Assembly (NCBI RefSeq): GCF_041689835.1
Contig: NZ_JBDNFM010000103.1
Location: 1-46,496, forward strand
Direction: 5' to 3'
DNA from: Sandarakinorhabdus sp.
GTDB taxonomy: Bacteria > Pseudomonadota > Alphaproteobacteria > Sphingomonadales > Sphingomonadaceae
DNA: 46,496 nt
Part shown: positions 36,353 to 46,024 of the stretch, piece after piece
Layout: each line of letters opens with the position of its first letter
Position numbering within the stretch: the first letter of the stretch is position 1
Translations under genes and position numbers: made by a program
Notes under the pieces: generated by a model
The model's database searches: none
The model's input: the letters and a program-made list of their open reading frames with translations, nothing else
What the model was told of the DNA's origin: nothing

Positions 36353-37219
36353 ATGAGCTTTGATCGACGGGGACGTGGTCCCGGACGCGGTGGATTTGAT
36401 AAGCGCGAAGGTGGCTTCGAGAGCTTTGAGGACAAGGGCCGCAGTGCCGCCGGTGGCGGCGGTGACCGTTTTGGCGGCGGCGGCAGCGGCTTCGGCGGCG
36501 GCGGTGACCGTTTCGGTGGCGGCGGCGGTAATCGCGGCGGCTTCGGCGGCGGCGGTGGCGGCGGTGATCGCGGCGGCTTCGGCGGCTGTGGCGGCAGCCG
36601 CTTCGGCGGTGGCGGCGGCGGCGGCGGTGGTGGCGGCTTCGGTGGCGCTGGTCCGCGCCGGGAGATGACGCCTGGCATCGTAATCGGCACTGGGCGCGGT
36701 ACGGTGAAATTCTTCAATGCCCAAAAGGGCTTTGGTTTTGTCGTCCGTGAAGACGGCGGCGAAGACGTGTTCGTGCACATTTCGGCGGTGGAAGCCGCTG
36801 GTCTGACCGGGCTTGCTGATGGCCAGCCGATGGAATTCACCCTTTCCGAACGCAATGGCCGGGTTTCGGCCATCGATCTCAAGATCGAAGGCGAGCCGAT
36901 GCCGGTGGAGAACGGCGCACCCCGTGAGGCGCGTGAACCGCGCGAATCGCGCGATGGCGGCGATATGGAACGCCGTCCGTCGCGTGAACGCACCCCGTCA
37001 ACGACGGGTGAGCGCGTTGACGGCACGGTGAAGTTTTTCAATGGCGCCAAGGGTTTCGGCTTCATCCAGCGCGACGATGGTGCGCCGGATGCCTTCGTCC
37101 ACATCTCCGCCGTGGAACGCGCCGGCTTTGCCAATCTGAACGAAGGCCAGCGCGTCTCGTTCGAATTGGAAGAAGATCGCCGCGGCAAGCAGGCGGCTGT
37201 GAACCTGCAGTCGATCTGA
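36353..37219 (+). CDS. Cold-shock protein with two CSDs and a Gly-rich N-terminal region
   Basis: Two 'GTVKFFN..KGFGF...D.FVHISAVE' domains preceded by ~100 aa of GGG-DRF/RGGF repeats. Confidence 0.95.
   Translation: MSFDRRGRGPGRGGFDKREGGFESFEDKGRSAAGGGGDRFGGGGSGFGGGGDRFGGGGGNRGGFGGGGGGGDRGGFGGCGGSRFGGGGGGGGGGGFGGAGPRREMTPGIVIGTGRGTVKFFNAQKGFGFVVREDGGEDVFVHISAVEAAGLTGLADGQPMEFTLSERNGRVSAIDLKIEGEPMPVENGAPREAREPRESRDGGDMERRPSRERTPSTTGERVDGTVKFFNGAKGFGFIQRDDGAPDAFVHISAVERAGFANLNEGQRVSFELEEDRRGKQAAVNLQSI
36451..36650 (+). repeat. Low-complexity (GGC/GGT)n coding repeat, GGGDRFGG / RGGFGG units
   Basis: Repeated ggcggcggtgaccgttt(t/c)gg and cgcggcggcttcggcggc units. Confidence 0.85.
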
Positions 37220-37235
37220 CAAGCGCATTTCGCTC

Positions 37236-37273
37236 AAAAAGGGGCGGTGGTCAGTTTGGCCGCCGCCCTTTTT
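37236..37273 (+). terminator. Rho-independent terminator of the csp gene
   Basis: AAAAAG-GGGCGGTGGTCA-GTT-TGGCCGCCGCCC-TTTTT, 16 nt after the stop. Confidence 0.85.
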
Positions 37274-37410
37274 CGCGCGCTGCAACAAAATGGCCTGCTG
37301 CCAAGCCGCTGGCCGCATCGGACTGGCGCCGCCATTACAGCCTTGTCATTCGCACTGCGAAGGGTGCATGACTGTAGCGTGTTACCTTGATTTCTTTCGG
37401 AGCTGAAGCG

Positions 37411-37716
37411 ATGCTGGCCAACAACGCCGTGACCATCCTGATGATCGTGTTCACTTACGCCCTGGTGCTGGTGCCGGTGGTGTGGTTTTTCACGCACGGG
37501 CCGCGCCAGCTCGATGCCCGCAAGCAGCGCAAGATTGCCCAGCTGGTTTCGGGCGCCGAGCTGCTGGCCGATGCCCTCACCCGTAACGGCAATGATCCGG
37601 TGCACGTCGCTCGCTTGCAGGCCCAGTATGATGCCCACGCCCGCGCGCTGACACAGCTGAACGGCGAAATGCCGTCACTGATCACCGTGCCGGCCCCCCT
37701 GAAGCAGGCTGCCTGA
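37411..37716 (+). CDS. Hypothetical single-TM protein (101 aa)
   Basis: GGAG SD, ATG 37411, N-terminal TM, helical tail, host-like codon usage. Confidence 0.7.
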   Translation: MLANNAVTILMIVFTYALVLVPVVWFFTHGPRQLDARKQRKIAQLVSGAELLADALTRNGNDPVHVARLQAQYDAHARALTQLNGEMPSLITVPAPLKQAA

Positions 37717-37761
37717 TTTCAGCGGTGGACAGGGCGGCTGGGTGTGCGCACCGTCCCGCTC

Positions 37762-39264
37762 ATGACCGATAGCATATTCGATTTCCCCGCCGCTCTGGCT
37801 GCCAACGCGGCGGCCCGCCCTGACCATCCCGCCGTGATCTGCGGCGACGATCAGCTGAATTGGCGCGATTTCGTCGCCCGTGCTGAAAAGCTTGCCGGCA
37901 CGCTGGCCGATCGCGGTGTCAAGCCCGGCGACAGCGTTGCCAGCATCGCGCTGTCCAGTGTCGATTATGCCGTGCTGTGGGCCGCCGTGCTGCGCCTGCG
38001 CGCCACCATCGCGCCGCTGGCCCCGTCGTCCACGCCCGATCAGATCGCTGCCATGATCGCCGATTCGGGGGCGCGCTTCGTTTTTGTCGATGCGCCTAAT
38101 CGTGCGGCCTTTGCCCACGTGCTGGGTGCGTTGATTTTGGTCGATCTCGATCGGCTGAACGGCTTTATCGATCCCACGGCACTGGCGCCGCCGCTGGCCC
38201 CGCTTGATCCGGATGTCGGCTTCAACATCATCTATTCCAGCGGCACCACCGGCACGCCCAAGGGCATCGTGCAAAGCTGTGCCATGCGGTCATTGCACAT
38301 CACCGGCGGCCGCCGCATCGGCTATGGGCCGGCATGCGTCACCCTTTGCTCCACCCCGCTTTATTCCAACACCACATTGGTCAGCTTCATTCCCACCTTG
38401 GCGTGGGGCGGCACCGCAGTGCTGATGCCGAAATTCGATACCGCCCGGTGGCTGGCCGAAGCCGAAGCCCATGGCGTTACCCACGCCATGCTGGTGCCGG
38501 TGCAATACCGCCGCCTGCTTGCCGATCCCGGTTTCGACGCGGCCGATCTGTCGGCGATGCAGATGAAATTCTGCACCTCCGCGCCGTTCGCTGCTGAATT
38601 GAAAGCCGAAGTGTTGCGCCGCATGCCCGGCGGGCTGATCGAGTTTTTCGGCATGACCGAAGGCGGGGTTGGCTTCATGCTCGCGGCTCACGAACATCCA
38701 GACAAGCTGCACACCGTGGGCCAGCCGCAGCCCGGCCACGACGTGCGGATCATCGACGAAGACGGCAACGATGTGCCCCCCGGCACGCCCGGCGAGATCG
38801 TCGGCCGATCCCCGGCCACCATGAACGGCTACAAGAACCGCCCCGATCTCACCGCCATGGCCTATTGGATCGACGAGCAAGGCAAGGAATGGCTGCGCAC
38901 CGGCGACATCGGCCGGCTCGATGAAGACGGCTTCCTGACGCTGATGGACCGCGCCAAGGACATGATCATTTCGGGCGGGTTCAACATTTATCCATCCGAC
39001 ATCGAAGCCGTGCTGCTCACCGTGCCCGGCGTCATCGAGGCCGCCGTTGTTGGCGTCGCCTCCGATACCTGGGGCGAAACCCCCGTTGCCTTTGTGGTGG
39101 CGCCCGGTGCCGATCCGGAAAGCCTGCGCGCCGCCGCCAACGCGCAAGTGGGCAAGACCCAGCGCCTCGCCGCCGTGGTGCTGGTGAACGAATTACCGCG
39201 CAGCCATATCGGCAAGGTGCTGAAACGTGAATTGCGTGACAGCTTCACCGGCACGGTTGCCTGA
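37762..39264 (+). CDS. Acyl-CoA ligase (class I adenylate-forming enzyme)
   Basis: 'IIYSSGTTGTPKG', 'FGMTEG', 'RTGD', 'DRAKDMIISGGFNIYP', 'IGKVLK'. Start ATG 37762 or GTG 37744. Confidence 0.92.
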   Translation: MTDSIFDFPAALAANAAARPDHPAVICGDDQLNWRDFVARAEKLAGTLADRGVKPGDSVASIALSSVDYAVLWAAVLRLRATIAPLAPSSTPDQIAAMIADSGARFVFVDAPNRAAFAHVLGALILVDLDRLNGFIDPTALAPPLAPLDPDVGFNIIYSSGTTGTPKGIVQSCAMRSLHITGGRRIGYGPACVTLCSTPLYSNTTLVSFIPTLAWGGTAVLMPKFDTARWLAEAEAHGVTHAMLVPVQYRRLLADPGFDAADLSAMQMKFCTSAPFAAELKAEVLRRMPGGLIEFFGMTEGGVGFMLAAHEHPDKLHTVGQPQPGHDVRIIDEDGNDVPPGTPGEIVGRSPATMNGYKNRPDLTAMAYWIDEQGKEWLRTGDIGRLDEDGFLTLMDRAKDMIISGGFNIYPSDIEAVLLTVPGVIEAAVVGVASDTWGETPVAFVVAPGADPESLRAAANAQVGKTQRLAAVVLVNELPRSHIGKVLKRELRDSFTGTVA

Positions 39265-39353
39265 AATCTGGCAAGGGCGAAGCATCCCCCTGCAGATTCC
39301 GTGGGGGCAAGGATCTTGAACCAACCGCTGCCCGCCGTCACCGGGCGGCGGGG

Positions 39354-40745
39354 TCAGCGCAAGCCGCCGAGTGCCTGCGCCGCCGCCGCCACGGTGCGGC
39401 GCACATCGTCGGCGCTGGTCTGCCAGTTGCACACGCTGATGCGCATGGTGCGTTCCCCGGCCCAGGTCGTACCGCTGAAAAACGCCTCGCCGCTGGCGTT
39501 GATCGCGGCGATCACGGCATCACTGATGTTGCGCCCGGCGGCATCCTGGAAACGCACCATGCCCTGATTCATGATTGGCCGGGCGACGCTGGCGGCGCCA
39601 TCCAGCGCCGCCAGCCCGTCGTGCAGCGCCAGCGCGTGATCGCAGCAGCGTGCAATCAAATCGGCCAGCCCGCTGCGCCCCAGTTCCAGCAGCGCGGCCA
39701 GCACCGGCAGTGCGCGGGCGCGGCGCGACCATTCGGGCGTGGTGTTCATCGGGTCACGCGTATCGCCGTCCTGCGACAGATAGCTGGCAGTCAGCCGCAT
39801 CGATGCCCGTAGTGCATCGCCGTGCCGGGTGATGGCCATGCCGCAATCATAGGGTGTGTTGAGCCATTTGTGGCCATCGCTGGCGATCGAATCGGCCATC
39901 TGGATACCGGCGACCTGATGGGCAAAACGCGGCGACGCCGCCAGCCACAGGCCAAAGGCACCATCGATGTGCACCCACGCGCCTGCGGCTTGCGCGATCG
40001 GCACCAGCGCTGCGAAATCATCGCTTTGGCCCAGGTTGAGATCGCCGGCGTTGAGCACCACGATGGTGGGCGCGCCCGCCGCCTCGGCCAGGGCCGTTTT
40101 CAGTTCGTCCACCCCGACGCGGCCCGGCTCGGCGCCGGTGATCGGCACCAGACAGGCGGTGCCAAAGCCAAGCAGGCGCAGGGCGCGGTCCACGCTGCCA
40201 TGGCGGTGTGCGTTGGCCAGCACGCGGATGCGCGGCGCGCCCCACAAGCCGCCGCGTTCGACGTCCCACCCCGCCTTGGCCAGCACGTGGTGGCGCGCGG
40301 CGGCCAGCGCAGCGGCGTGACTCATCTGGCAACCGGTGGTGAAGCTGACGGCGCAATCGGCGGGCATGTGCAGCACGTCCAGAAGCATCCGCGCGGCCAC
40401 TTCCTCCAGCACGGCGGCGGCGGGGCTGGTGGCGGCCAGCACGGCATTCTGGTCCCACAGGCTGGTCAGCACGTCGGCGGCTTGAGCGGCCGGCAGCGCG
40501 CCGCCGTTCACCCACGCGAAAAACCGGCCCGACATGTTGGCATTCAATCCCGGCTCGGCGGCGCGGGCGATGGTGCGCACCACGTCTGCCGGGTCCATGC
40601 CGTGTGCGGGCAGGTGGGCAGGCAACGCCGCCAAGATGTCGGCGCGACTGCCGGTTGGCCCGACACTGCGCGTGGGCAGGCTGTTGATGAAGCGGCGGCC
40701 TTCGGCGATTGCGATGTCGAGGGGGGCAATATCAAGTGGGCTCAT
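39354..40745 (-). CDS. PLP-dependent group II amino-acid decarboxylase
   Basis: 'RFFAWV.GG', 'WDQN', 'HGS', 'WVHIDGAFG', 'DGHKWLN.PYDCG' (PLP Lys), 'RISV.NW.T'. Confidence 0.9.
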   Translation of the reverse strand: MSPLDIAPLDIAIAEGRRFINSLPTRSVGPTGSRADILAALPAHLPAHGMDPADVVRTIARAAEPGLNANMSGRFFAWVNGGALPAAQAADVLTSLWDQNAVLAATSPAAAVLEEVAARMLLDVLHMPADCAVSFTTGCQMSHAAALAAARHHVLAKAGWDVERGGLWGAPRIRVLANAHRHGSVDRALRLLGFGTACLVPITGAEPGRVGVDELKTALAEAAGAPTIVVLNAGDLNLGQSDDFAALVPIAQAAGAWVHIDGAFGLWLAASPRFAHQVAGIQMADSIASDGHKWLNTPYDCGMAITRHGDALRASMRLTASYLSQDGDTRDPMNTTPEWSRRARALPVLAALLELGRSGLADLIARCCDHALALHDGLAALDGAASVARPIMNQGMVRFQDAAGRNISDAVIAAINASGEAFFSGTTWAGERTMRISVCNWQTSADDVRRTVAAAAQALGGLR

Positions 40746-40873
40746 GCCGGGGTAATACCGCAGCCCCCGGGCATCGTCGCGCGCAAAACGGCTGCACAAA
40801 GCCCAGAATCCGGCTGGCGCCGCTGCGACATTCTGCTTATCTCGCACACGCAACATGAAAGGGAGGCCGGCAC

Positions 40874-41596
40874 ATGGCCAACAAGATTTATCCCGATGCC
40901 GCCGCTGCACTGGACGGCCTGCTGTTTGATGGGATGACGATCATGTCCGGCGGGTTCGGCCTGTGCGGCATTCCGGAAAATCTGATCGCCGCGCTGCGGG
41001 CTGCCGGCACCAAGGGCCTTACGGTCATTTCCAACAATGCCGGGGTTGATGGCTTTGGGCTGGGGCAACTGCTGGAAACCCGGCAGATCGCCCGGATGAT
41101 TTCAAGCTATGTTGGCGAGAACAAGGAGTTCGAGCGGCAGTATCTGGCTGGCGAACTGCAACTGGAATTCAACCCACAAGGCACGCTGGCCGAACGCATC
41201 CGGGCGGGCGGAGCAGGCATTCCGGGCTTTTACACGAAAACCGGCGTTGGCACGCTGGTGGCCGAAGGCAAGGAGCACAAGGATTTTGCCACAGCGTCTG
41301 GCACCGAGCAGTATATCCTCGAAACCGGGCTGGTGGCGGATGTGAGCATCGTCAAGGCGTGGAAGGCCGACCCTTACGGCAACCTGATCTTCCGCAAGAC
41401 GTCGCGCAACTTCAACCCGATGATGGCCACGGCCGGCAAGGTGACCGTGGTTGAAGTGGAGGAATTGGTGGCAGCCGGCGCGCTGGACCCCGATAACATC
41501 CACACGCCGGGCATCTTCGTGCAGCGATTGTTTGTTGGCCGCGATTATGAAAAGCGTATCGAGCAGCGCACGGTTCGGGAAAGGGAAGCGGCCTGA
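40874..41596 (+). CDS. scoA: 3-oxoacid CoA-transferase subunit A
   Basis: '[10 protein letters not shown]', 'SNN', 'SSYVGEN', '[13 protein letters not shown]', 'NFNP'. Confidence 0.95.
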   Translation: MANKIYPDAAAALDGLLFDGMTIMSGGFGLCGIPENLIAALRAAGTKGLTVISNNAGVDGFGLGQLLETRQIARMISSYVGENKEFERQYLAGELQLEFNPQGTLAERIRAGGAGIPGFYTKTGVGTLVAEGKEHKDFATASGTEQYILETGLVADVSIVKAWKADPYGNLIFRKTSRNFNPMMATAGKVTVVEVEELVAAGALDPDNIHTPGIFVQRLFVGRDYEKRIEQRTVREREAA

Positions 41597-42228
41597 TGTG
41601 GACACGTGACCAGCAAGCCGCCCGCGCCGCGCAAGAGCTGCAAGACGGATTTTACGTCAATCTCGGCATCGGCATGCCAACCCTGGTGGCCAATCACATC
41701 CCGGCGGGTGTGGATGTCACGCTGCAAAGCGAGAACGGCATGCTTGGCATGGGGCCGTTTCCGTTTGCCGGTGAGGAAGACGCCGATCTGATCAACGCCG
41801 GCAAGCAGACCATCACCGAACTGGACCGCACCAGTTATTTCAGCAGCGCCGACAGTTTTGCCATGATCCGCGGCGGCCATGTCGATCTGTCGATATTGGG
41901 CGCGATGGAAGTGGCAGAAAACGGCGACATCGCCAACTGGATGATCCCCGGCAAGATGGTCAAGGGCATGGGCGGTGCCATGGATCTGGTGGCCGGCGTG
42001 AAGAAGATCATCGTGCTGATGGAGCATAATGCCAAGGACGGCAGCGCCAAGTTCAAGACCGCCTGCACCCTGCCGCTCACCGGCAAGGGCGTGGTCGATA
42101 TGGTGGTTTCCGATCTTGCCGTGCTTGCGCGCCCTGCCAAAGGCGCGCCGTTCAAGCTGATCGAGCTGGCACCGGGCATCGATCTGGAAACGCTGCGCGC
42201 CCGCACCGAAGGCCATTTCGAAGCCTGA
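41596..42228 (+). CDS. scoB: 3-oxoacid CoA-transferase subunit B
   Basis: 'VNLGIGMPT', catalytic 'SENG', 'GMGGAMDLV'. TGATG overlap. Confidence 0.95.
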   Translation: MWTRDQQAARAAQELQDGFYVNLGIGMPTLVANHIPAGVDVTLQSENGMLGMGPFPFAGEEDADLINAGKQTITELDRTSYFSSADSFAMIRGGHVDLSILGAMEVAENGDIANWMIPGKMVKGMGGAMDLVAGVKKIIVLMEHNAKDGSAKFKTACTLPLTGKGVVDMVVSDLAVLARPAKGAPFKLIELAPGIDLETLRARTEGHFEA

Positions 42229-42231
42229 CAC

Positions 42232-42270
42232 GAAAAAGCGGCCGGCAGCGTGTGCTGCCGGCCGCTTCGT
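42232..42270. terminator. Rho-independent terminator between convergent scoB and OMP gene
   Basis: Perfect 14-bp stem AAGCGGCCGGCAGC-GTGT-GCTGCCGGCCGCTT with a T5 tail on the minus strand. Confidence 0.88.
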
Positions 42271-42283
42271 CTGGTCTGGCGGA

Positions 42284-42895
42284 TCAGAAGCGGAAGTTGA
42301 CGCCGGTCATCACCGCGTGACGGTGATAATTCAGGGCGGACGGGCCACCGGGGCCCGGCAGCGTGTCGTTGCCATAATCGCTGTAATTATATTCGACGCG
42401 GGCCGAAACATTCTGGCTCAGCATCTTCTCGAAACCGGCGCCCACGATATAGCCTTCACGATTTTCCGAAGCGCCGGTGGGATTGGTGATCGTGAAACGC
42501 GCGTTGGAATAACCGCCGCGGGCATACAGCAGCGCGTCCGGGGCGACCAGGACACCGGCACGTGCCGTCACGTTGATCGTGCGGCCCGGCTCCAGATCGA
42601 AGGTCGGGAAGCGGTTGGTGCCAGTGCGGCCGGTAAGCGAGGTTTCGATACCAATCACACCGCCGCCCAGGTTGAGATCGTAACCGAGCTGGCCGCCGTA
42701 GGCGAGGCCGTCACCCTTGGCGCGGGTGGTGGAGGGCGGCACGGTGTTCAGGTCAAGCGACTGGCGGTCTTGCTGCCAGCCGATCTGGCCGCCGACGAAC
42801 GCGCCGTTGAACGCGGCGGCGTTCCGGGTGTCCTGCGCGGCAGCCGGGCCAGCAATGGCAGCGGCGGCAAGCAGGGCAAAGACGATACGCGACAT
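42284..42895 (-). CDS. Small outer-membrane beta-barrel protein (Omp25/RopB-like)
   Basis: AAGGA SD, signal peptide, 'FNGAFVG', 'GGQLGYD', 'GAG.E', 'RVEY.Y.DYG', C-terminal 'GVNFRF'. Confidence 0.9.
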   Translation of the reverse strand: MSRIVFALLAAAAIAGPAAAQDTRNAAAFNGAFVGGQIGWQQDRQSLDLNTVPPSTTRAKGDGLAYGGQLGYDLNLGGGVIGIETSLTGRTGTNRFPTFDLEPGRTINVTARAGVLVAPDALLYARGGYSNARFTITNPTGASENREGYIVGAGFEKMLSQNVSARVEYNYSDYGNDTLPGPGGPSALNYHRHAVMTGVNFRF

Positions 42896-43037
42896 GTGTG
42901 TGTTCCTTGATTGATGCCGGCGATAGGGGTGCCGGCTGCACGAGGAACTAGGGCTTGGTGTCTGGCCGGAGCCTGAACCAACTTGGGCAATTTCAGGGAA
43001 TTGAGGCAAATCCTGCCCCATGGTTGCCCAGCTTCGT

Positions 43038-44078
43038 TCAGCCTTTCTTCAGGTGGCGGCGGCCGAGCAGTTCGGCAATCTGCACCGCGTTCAGCGCTGC
43101 GCCCTTGCGCAGGTTGTCGGATACGCACCAAAGGGCAAGGCCGTGTTCAACGGTGGGATCCTTGCGTACGCGGCTGACGAAGGTGGCAAAATCGCCGACG
43201 CATTCAACCGGGGTGGCGTATCCGCCGTCCTCGCGCTTATCCACCAGCATGATGCCCGGTGCTTCGCGCAGCAGGCTTTGCGCCTTGGCGACCGACAGCG
43301 GCATTTCAAATTCGACATTGATGGCTTCGGAATGGCCGACGAACACCGGCACCCGCACGCAGGTCGCGGTCACTTCGATATCCGGGCAGAGAATTTTGCG
43401 GGTTTCCGCAGTCAGTTTCCATTCTTCCCTGGTGTAGCCGTCCATGCCGCTTTCGGGGCCCATGAAGCTGTCGATGTGCGGGATCACATTGAAGGCGATG
43501 CGCTTGGTGAACTTGTTGCTTACCGGCTCGTCGCCCACGAAGATGGCGCGGCTCTGGGTGAACAGCTCGTCCATGCCGTCCTTGCCGGCGCCGGATACCG
43601 ATTGATAGGTGCTCACCACGACGCGCTTGATGATGGCGGCGTCGTGCAGCGGCTTGAGCGCCACCACCAATTGCGCGGTGGAGCAATTGGGATTGGCGAT
43701 GATGAAGCGTTTTTTATAACCGTCGATGGCGTCCGGGTTCACTTCGGGCACGATCAGCGGCACATCATGTTCCATGCGGAACAGGCTGCTGTTGTCGATC
43801 ACCACGCAGCCTTGGCTGGCGGCCTTGGGGGCATAGACTTTCGCCGGGCCGGAACCGGCAGCAAACAGCGCGATATCCCAGCCGGTGAAATCGAAATGTT
43901 CAAGGTTTTGCACCTTGATCTCGCGGCCGGTTTCGCCAAATTCAACCATGTCGCCCACCGAGCGCGACGAGGCGACCGCAGCGATATCATCGAGCGGGAA
44001 CTGCCGCTCCGCGAGAATGTTGAGCATTTCGCGCCCGACACTGCCGGTGGCGCCAACGACAACAACTTTATAACCCAT
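43038..44078 (-). CDS. asd: Aspartate-semialdehyde dehydrogenase
   Basis: 'VVGATGSVG', 'IDNSS.FRM', 'ANPNCST', 'YQSVSGAG', 'CVRVPV..GH', 'DNLRKGAALN'. The second ATG (44078) has the better SD spacing. Confidence 0.97.
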   Translation of the reverse strand: MGYKVVVVGATGSVGREMLNILAERQFPLDDIAAVASSRSVGDMVEFGETGREIKVQNLEHFDFTGWDIALFAAGSGPAKVYAPKAASQGCVVIDNSSLFRMEHDVPLIVPEVNPDAIDGYKKRFIIANPNCSTAQLVVALKPLHDAAIIKRVVVSTYQSVSGAGKDGMDELFTQSRAIFVGDEPVSNKFTKRIAFNVIPHIDSFMGPESGMDGYTREEWKLTAETRKILCPDIEVTATCVRVPVFVGHSEAINVEFEMPLSVAKAQSLLREAPGIMLVDKREDGGYATPVECVGDFATFVSRVRKDPTVEHGLALWCVSDNLRKGAALNAVQIAELLGRRHLKKG

Positions 44079-44132
44079 GCCCATGCTCCTTGGCGTGCGG
44101 CTGTTACCGGATTTGGACGCAGAGTCCAGTTT

Positions 44133-45383
44133 TCAGCCTCGAATTGATTTGGCCCGGTCGCGAGACAAGATGGTGGTGACCGCCAGATCGGCGGTCACAT
44201 TGCCCAGCGTGCGAAACACATCGGGCACCAGTTCCACCGCCAACAGCACCGGCAGCACGGCAATCGGCACGCCCATGGCATTGGCGATCGGCACGCAGGC
44301 CGCCAGAAAGGTGATGGAGCCGGGCAAGCCGCCAGTGGAAACTGCCGCCACCAGCGCCGCCAACAGTGCGCCCAGGAAGGCCAGCGCCGTATGATCCATG
44401 CCGTAAAGATGGCCAACATACAGCACCACGGCGATGTTGGCGCAGGGGCTGGTGATGCGGAAGATGCTCACCGCCAGCGGCAGCACCACCCGGGTGGTGG
44501 TTTCGGGCAGCCCCAGCCGTTCGGCGCCGTCGTAGATCGCAGGCAGGCTGGCGATGCTGGACTGGGTGGAGACCGCCACCGCCTGTGCCGGCAACACGGC
44601 GCGGGCAAAGGCCAGCGGGCCGACCCGGCCAAACACCACCGCCAGCGGATAGACCAGGATGATCAAGCCAACCTGCACCAGCACCAGCACGGCTATATAA
44701 TGGCCCAGCAAACCAAACGCGCCCAGCCCGGCCTTGATGCCGACACTGACAGCAAGTGCGAACACCCCCACCGGCGCCGCAACGAAAATCCAGCCGACCA
44801 GCACCAGCATGGCATCCTTCACCGCATCGAACAGGCCAACCAGGCGCAGGCGGCGTTCGTCCTCGAGCCGGGTTGCCGCCAATGCAAAGACCGCGACGAA
44901 GGTGACGACGGGCAGCATGTCGCCCTTGGCCAGCGAATCGAACACGTTGGCCGGCACCAGCGACAGCAGCCATTTGCCGAGATCGATCTTGATGTCGCCG
45001 GTTGCCACTGCGGCATCGGCACTGCCGGCAATGATGCTGGCAGCGGCTTGGGCCGGCGCCGGCCACCATTCCAGCAGCAGCGGCACGAAGAACATCGACC
45101 ACAGCGCCGAAAACACCAGCAGCAGGAAAAACGCCAGCAGCGCCCGCCCGGTCACCTTGCCGCCGCCGGCCTGGCCCACCGATTGCGCGATGCCGGTGAA
45201 CAGCAGACCGGCAATCAGCGGGATGATCGTCATCTGCAACGCCTGCAGCCACAGATTGCCGATGGCATCGGTGATCGGCAACAAGGGTTTGCCCAGATCG
45301 GCCGGCAGCAGTGCGCCCACCACCAGCCCGGCCAGCAGCGCCAGAAAAATGCGCCCCGTCGTATTCATCTGGGTCAGATTCAT
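44133..45383 (-). CDS. Dicarboxylate/amino acid:cation symporter (DAACS)
   Basis: 'LQMTIIPL', 'P.N.F', 'AP.GVFAL', HP1 'STQSS.ASLP', TM8 'D.FRT.GNV.AD'. Confidence 0.9.
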   Translation of the reverse strand: MNLTQMNTTGRIFLALLAGLVVGALLPADLGKPLLPITDAIGNLWLQALQMTIIPLIAGLLFTGIAQSVGQAGGGKVTGRALLAFFLLLVFSALWSMFFVPLLLEWWPAPAQAAASIIAGSADAAVATGDIKIDLGKWLLSLVPANVFDSLAKGDMLPVVTFVAVFALAATRLEDERRLRLVGLFDAVKDAMLVLVGWIFVAAPVGVFALAVSVGIKAGLGAFGLLGHYIAVLVLVQVGLIILVYPLAVVFGRVGPLAFARAVLPAQAVAVSTQSSIASLPAIYDGAERLGLPETTTRVVLPLAVSIFRITSPCANIAVVLYVGHLYGMDHTALAFLGALLAALVAAVSTGGLPGSITFLAACVPIANAMGVPIAVLPVLLAVELVPDVFRTLGNVTADLAVTTILSRDRAKSIRG

Positions 45384-46024
45384 TTCGCCGTCGCCTCCGA
45401 GCCGGGCCCAGGTCCTGGAAGCGTGCCCATGGTGACATAAAGCTTGGCCAGATCGTCGACGCCCATGGAGGCGACCTTCTTCACGTGCGCCGGCTGCACA
45501 AACAGCAGCCCGCCGCCCACCGGAACAGGCGCTGTGGGGATCAGGATCAACAGGCGCGGGCCCTGGCCAAAATCATGCAGGCGCGGCGAGGTGAGCAGCG
45601 CCAGCGCCTCGACATGCGCGCCAAAGCTGACCGACACCACCGACATGCCGCTCATCTCGCCGCCGGGGCTGCTGCCGATCATCCGCACGAATTGCGCCAG
45701 CGGGCGATACAGCGGGCCAAGCACGGGGATGCGGGCGATCAGGCCGTCCAGCCCGCCTTCCAGCCGCTGGCGAAAGCGCGTCTGCACGAACAGGCCGATC
45801 ACCCACACCAGCACCGCCGCCATGCCCAGCCCGGCCCAGAAGGCAGCAAAGGGCGACGGGGTGAAGAACATCCCCGCTGCGCCAAGCGCCTGGCCCAGCG
45901 GTGTGGCCGGGCCAAGGGCCGCGATCAGATAGCCGGACAGCCAGTTGAGCAGGATCAGCGTAAGCAGCACCGGCGCCAGGAACAGCAGCCCGGTGGCAAA
46001 AGGGCTGAGAAACTTGCGGATCAA
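45380..46024 (-). CDS. DUF502 family membrane protein
   Basis: TTG start overlapping the leuB stop. 'GLL.LAP..LT', 'RIPVLG.LY', 'IPTAP.P.GG'. Confidence 0.85.
   Translation of the reverse strand: MIRKFLSPFATGLLFLAPVLLTLILLNWLSGYLIAALGPATPLGQALGAAGMFFTPSPFAAFWAGLGMAAVLVWVIGLFVQTRFRQRLEGGLDGLIARIPVLGPLYRPLAQFVRMIGSSPGGEMSGMSVVSVSFGAHVEALALLTSPRLHDFGQGPRLLILIPTAPVPVGGGLLFVQPAHVKKVASMGVDDLAKLYVTMGTLPGPGPGSEATAK

Noticed and set aside
39265-39353. Two GC hairpins between the convergent ligase and decarboxylase as an sRNA
   Set aside because: They are short, lack a promoter or U tail, and are adequately explained as 3'-end structures of convergent mRNAs.
43430-43470. Small insertions in Asd (FMGPESGMDG) and ScoA (FATASGTE, ~41285-41310)
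   Set aside because: These are few-residue indels, probably in surface loops, and catalytic motifs are intact.
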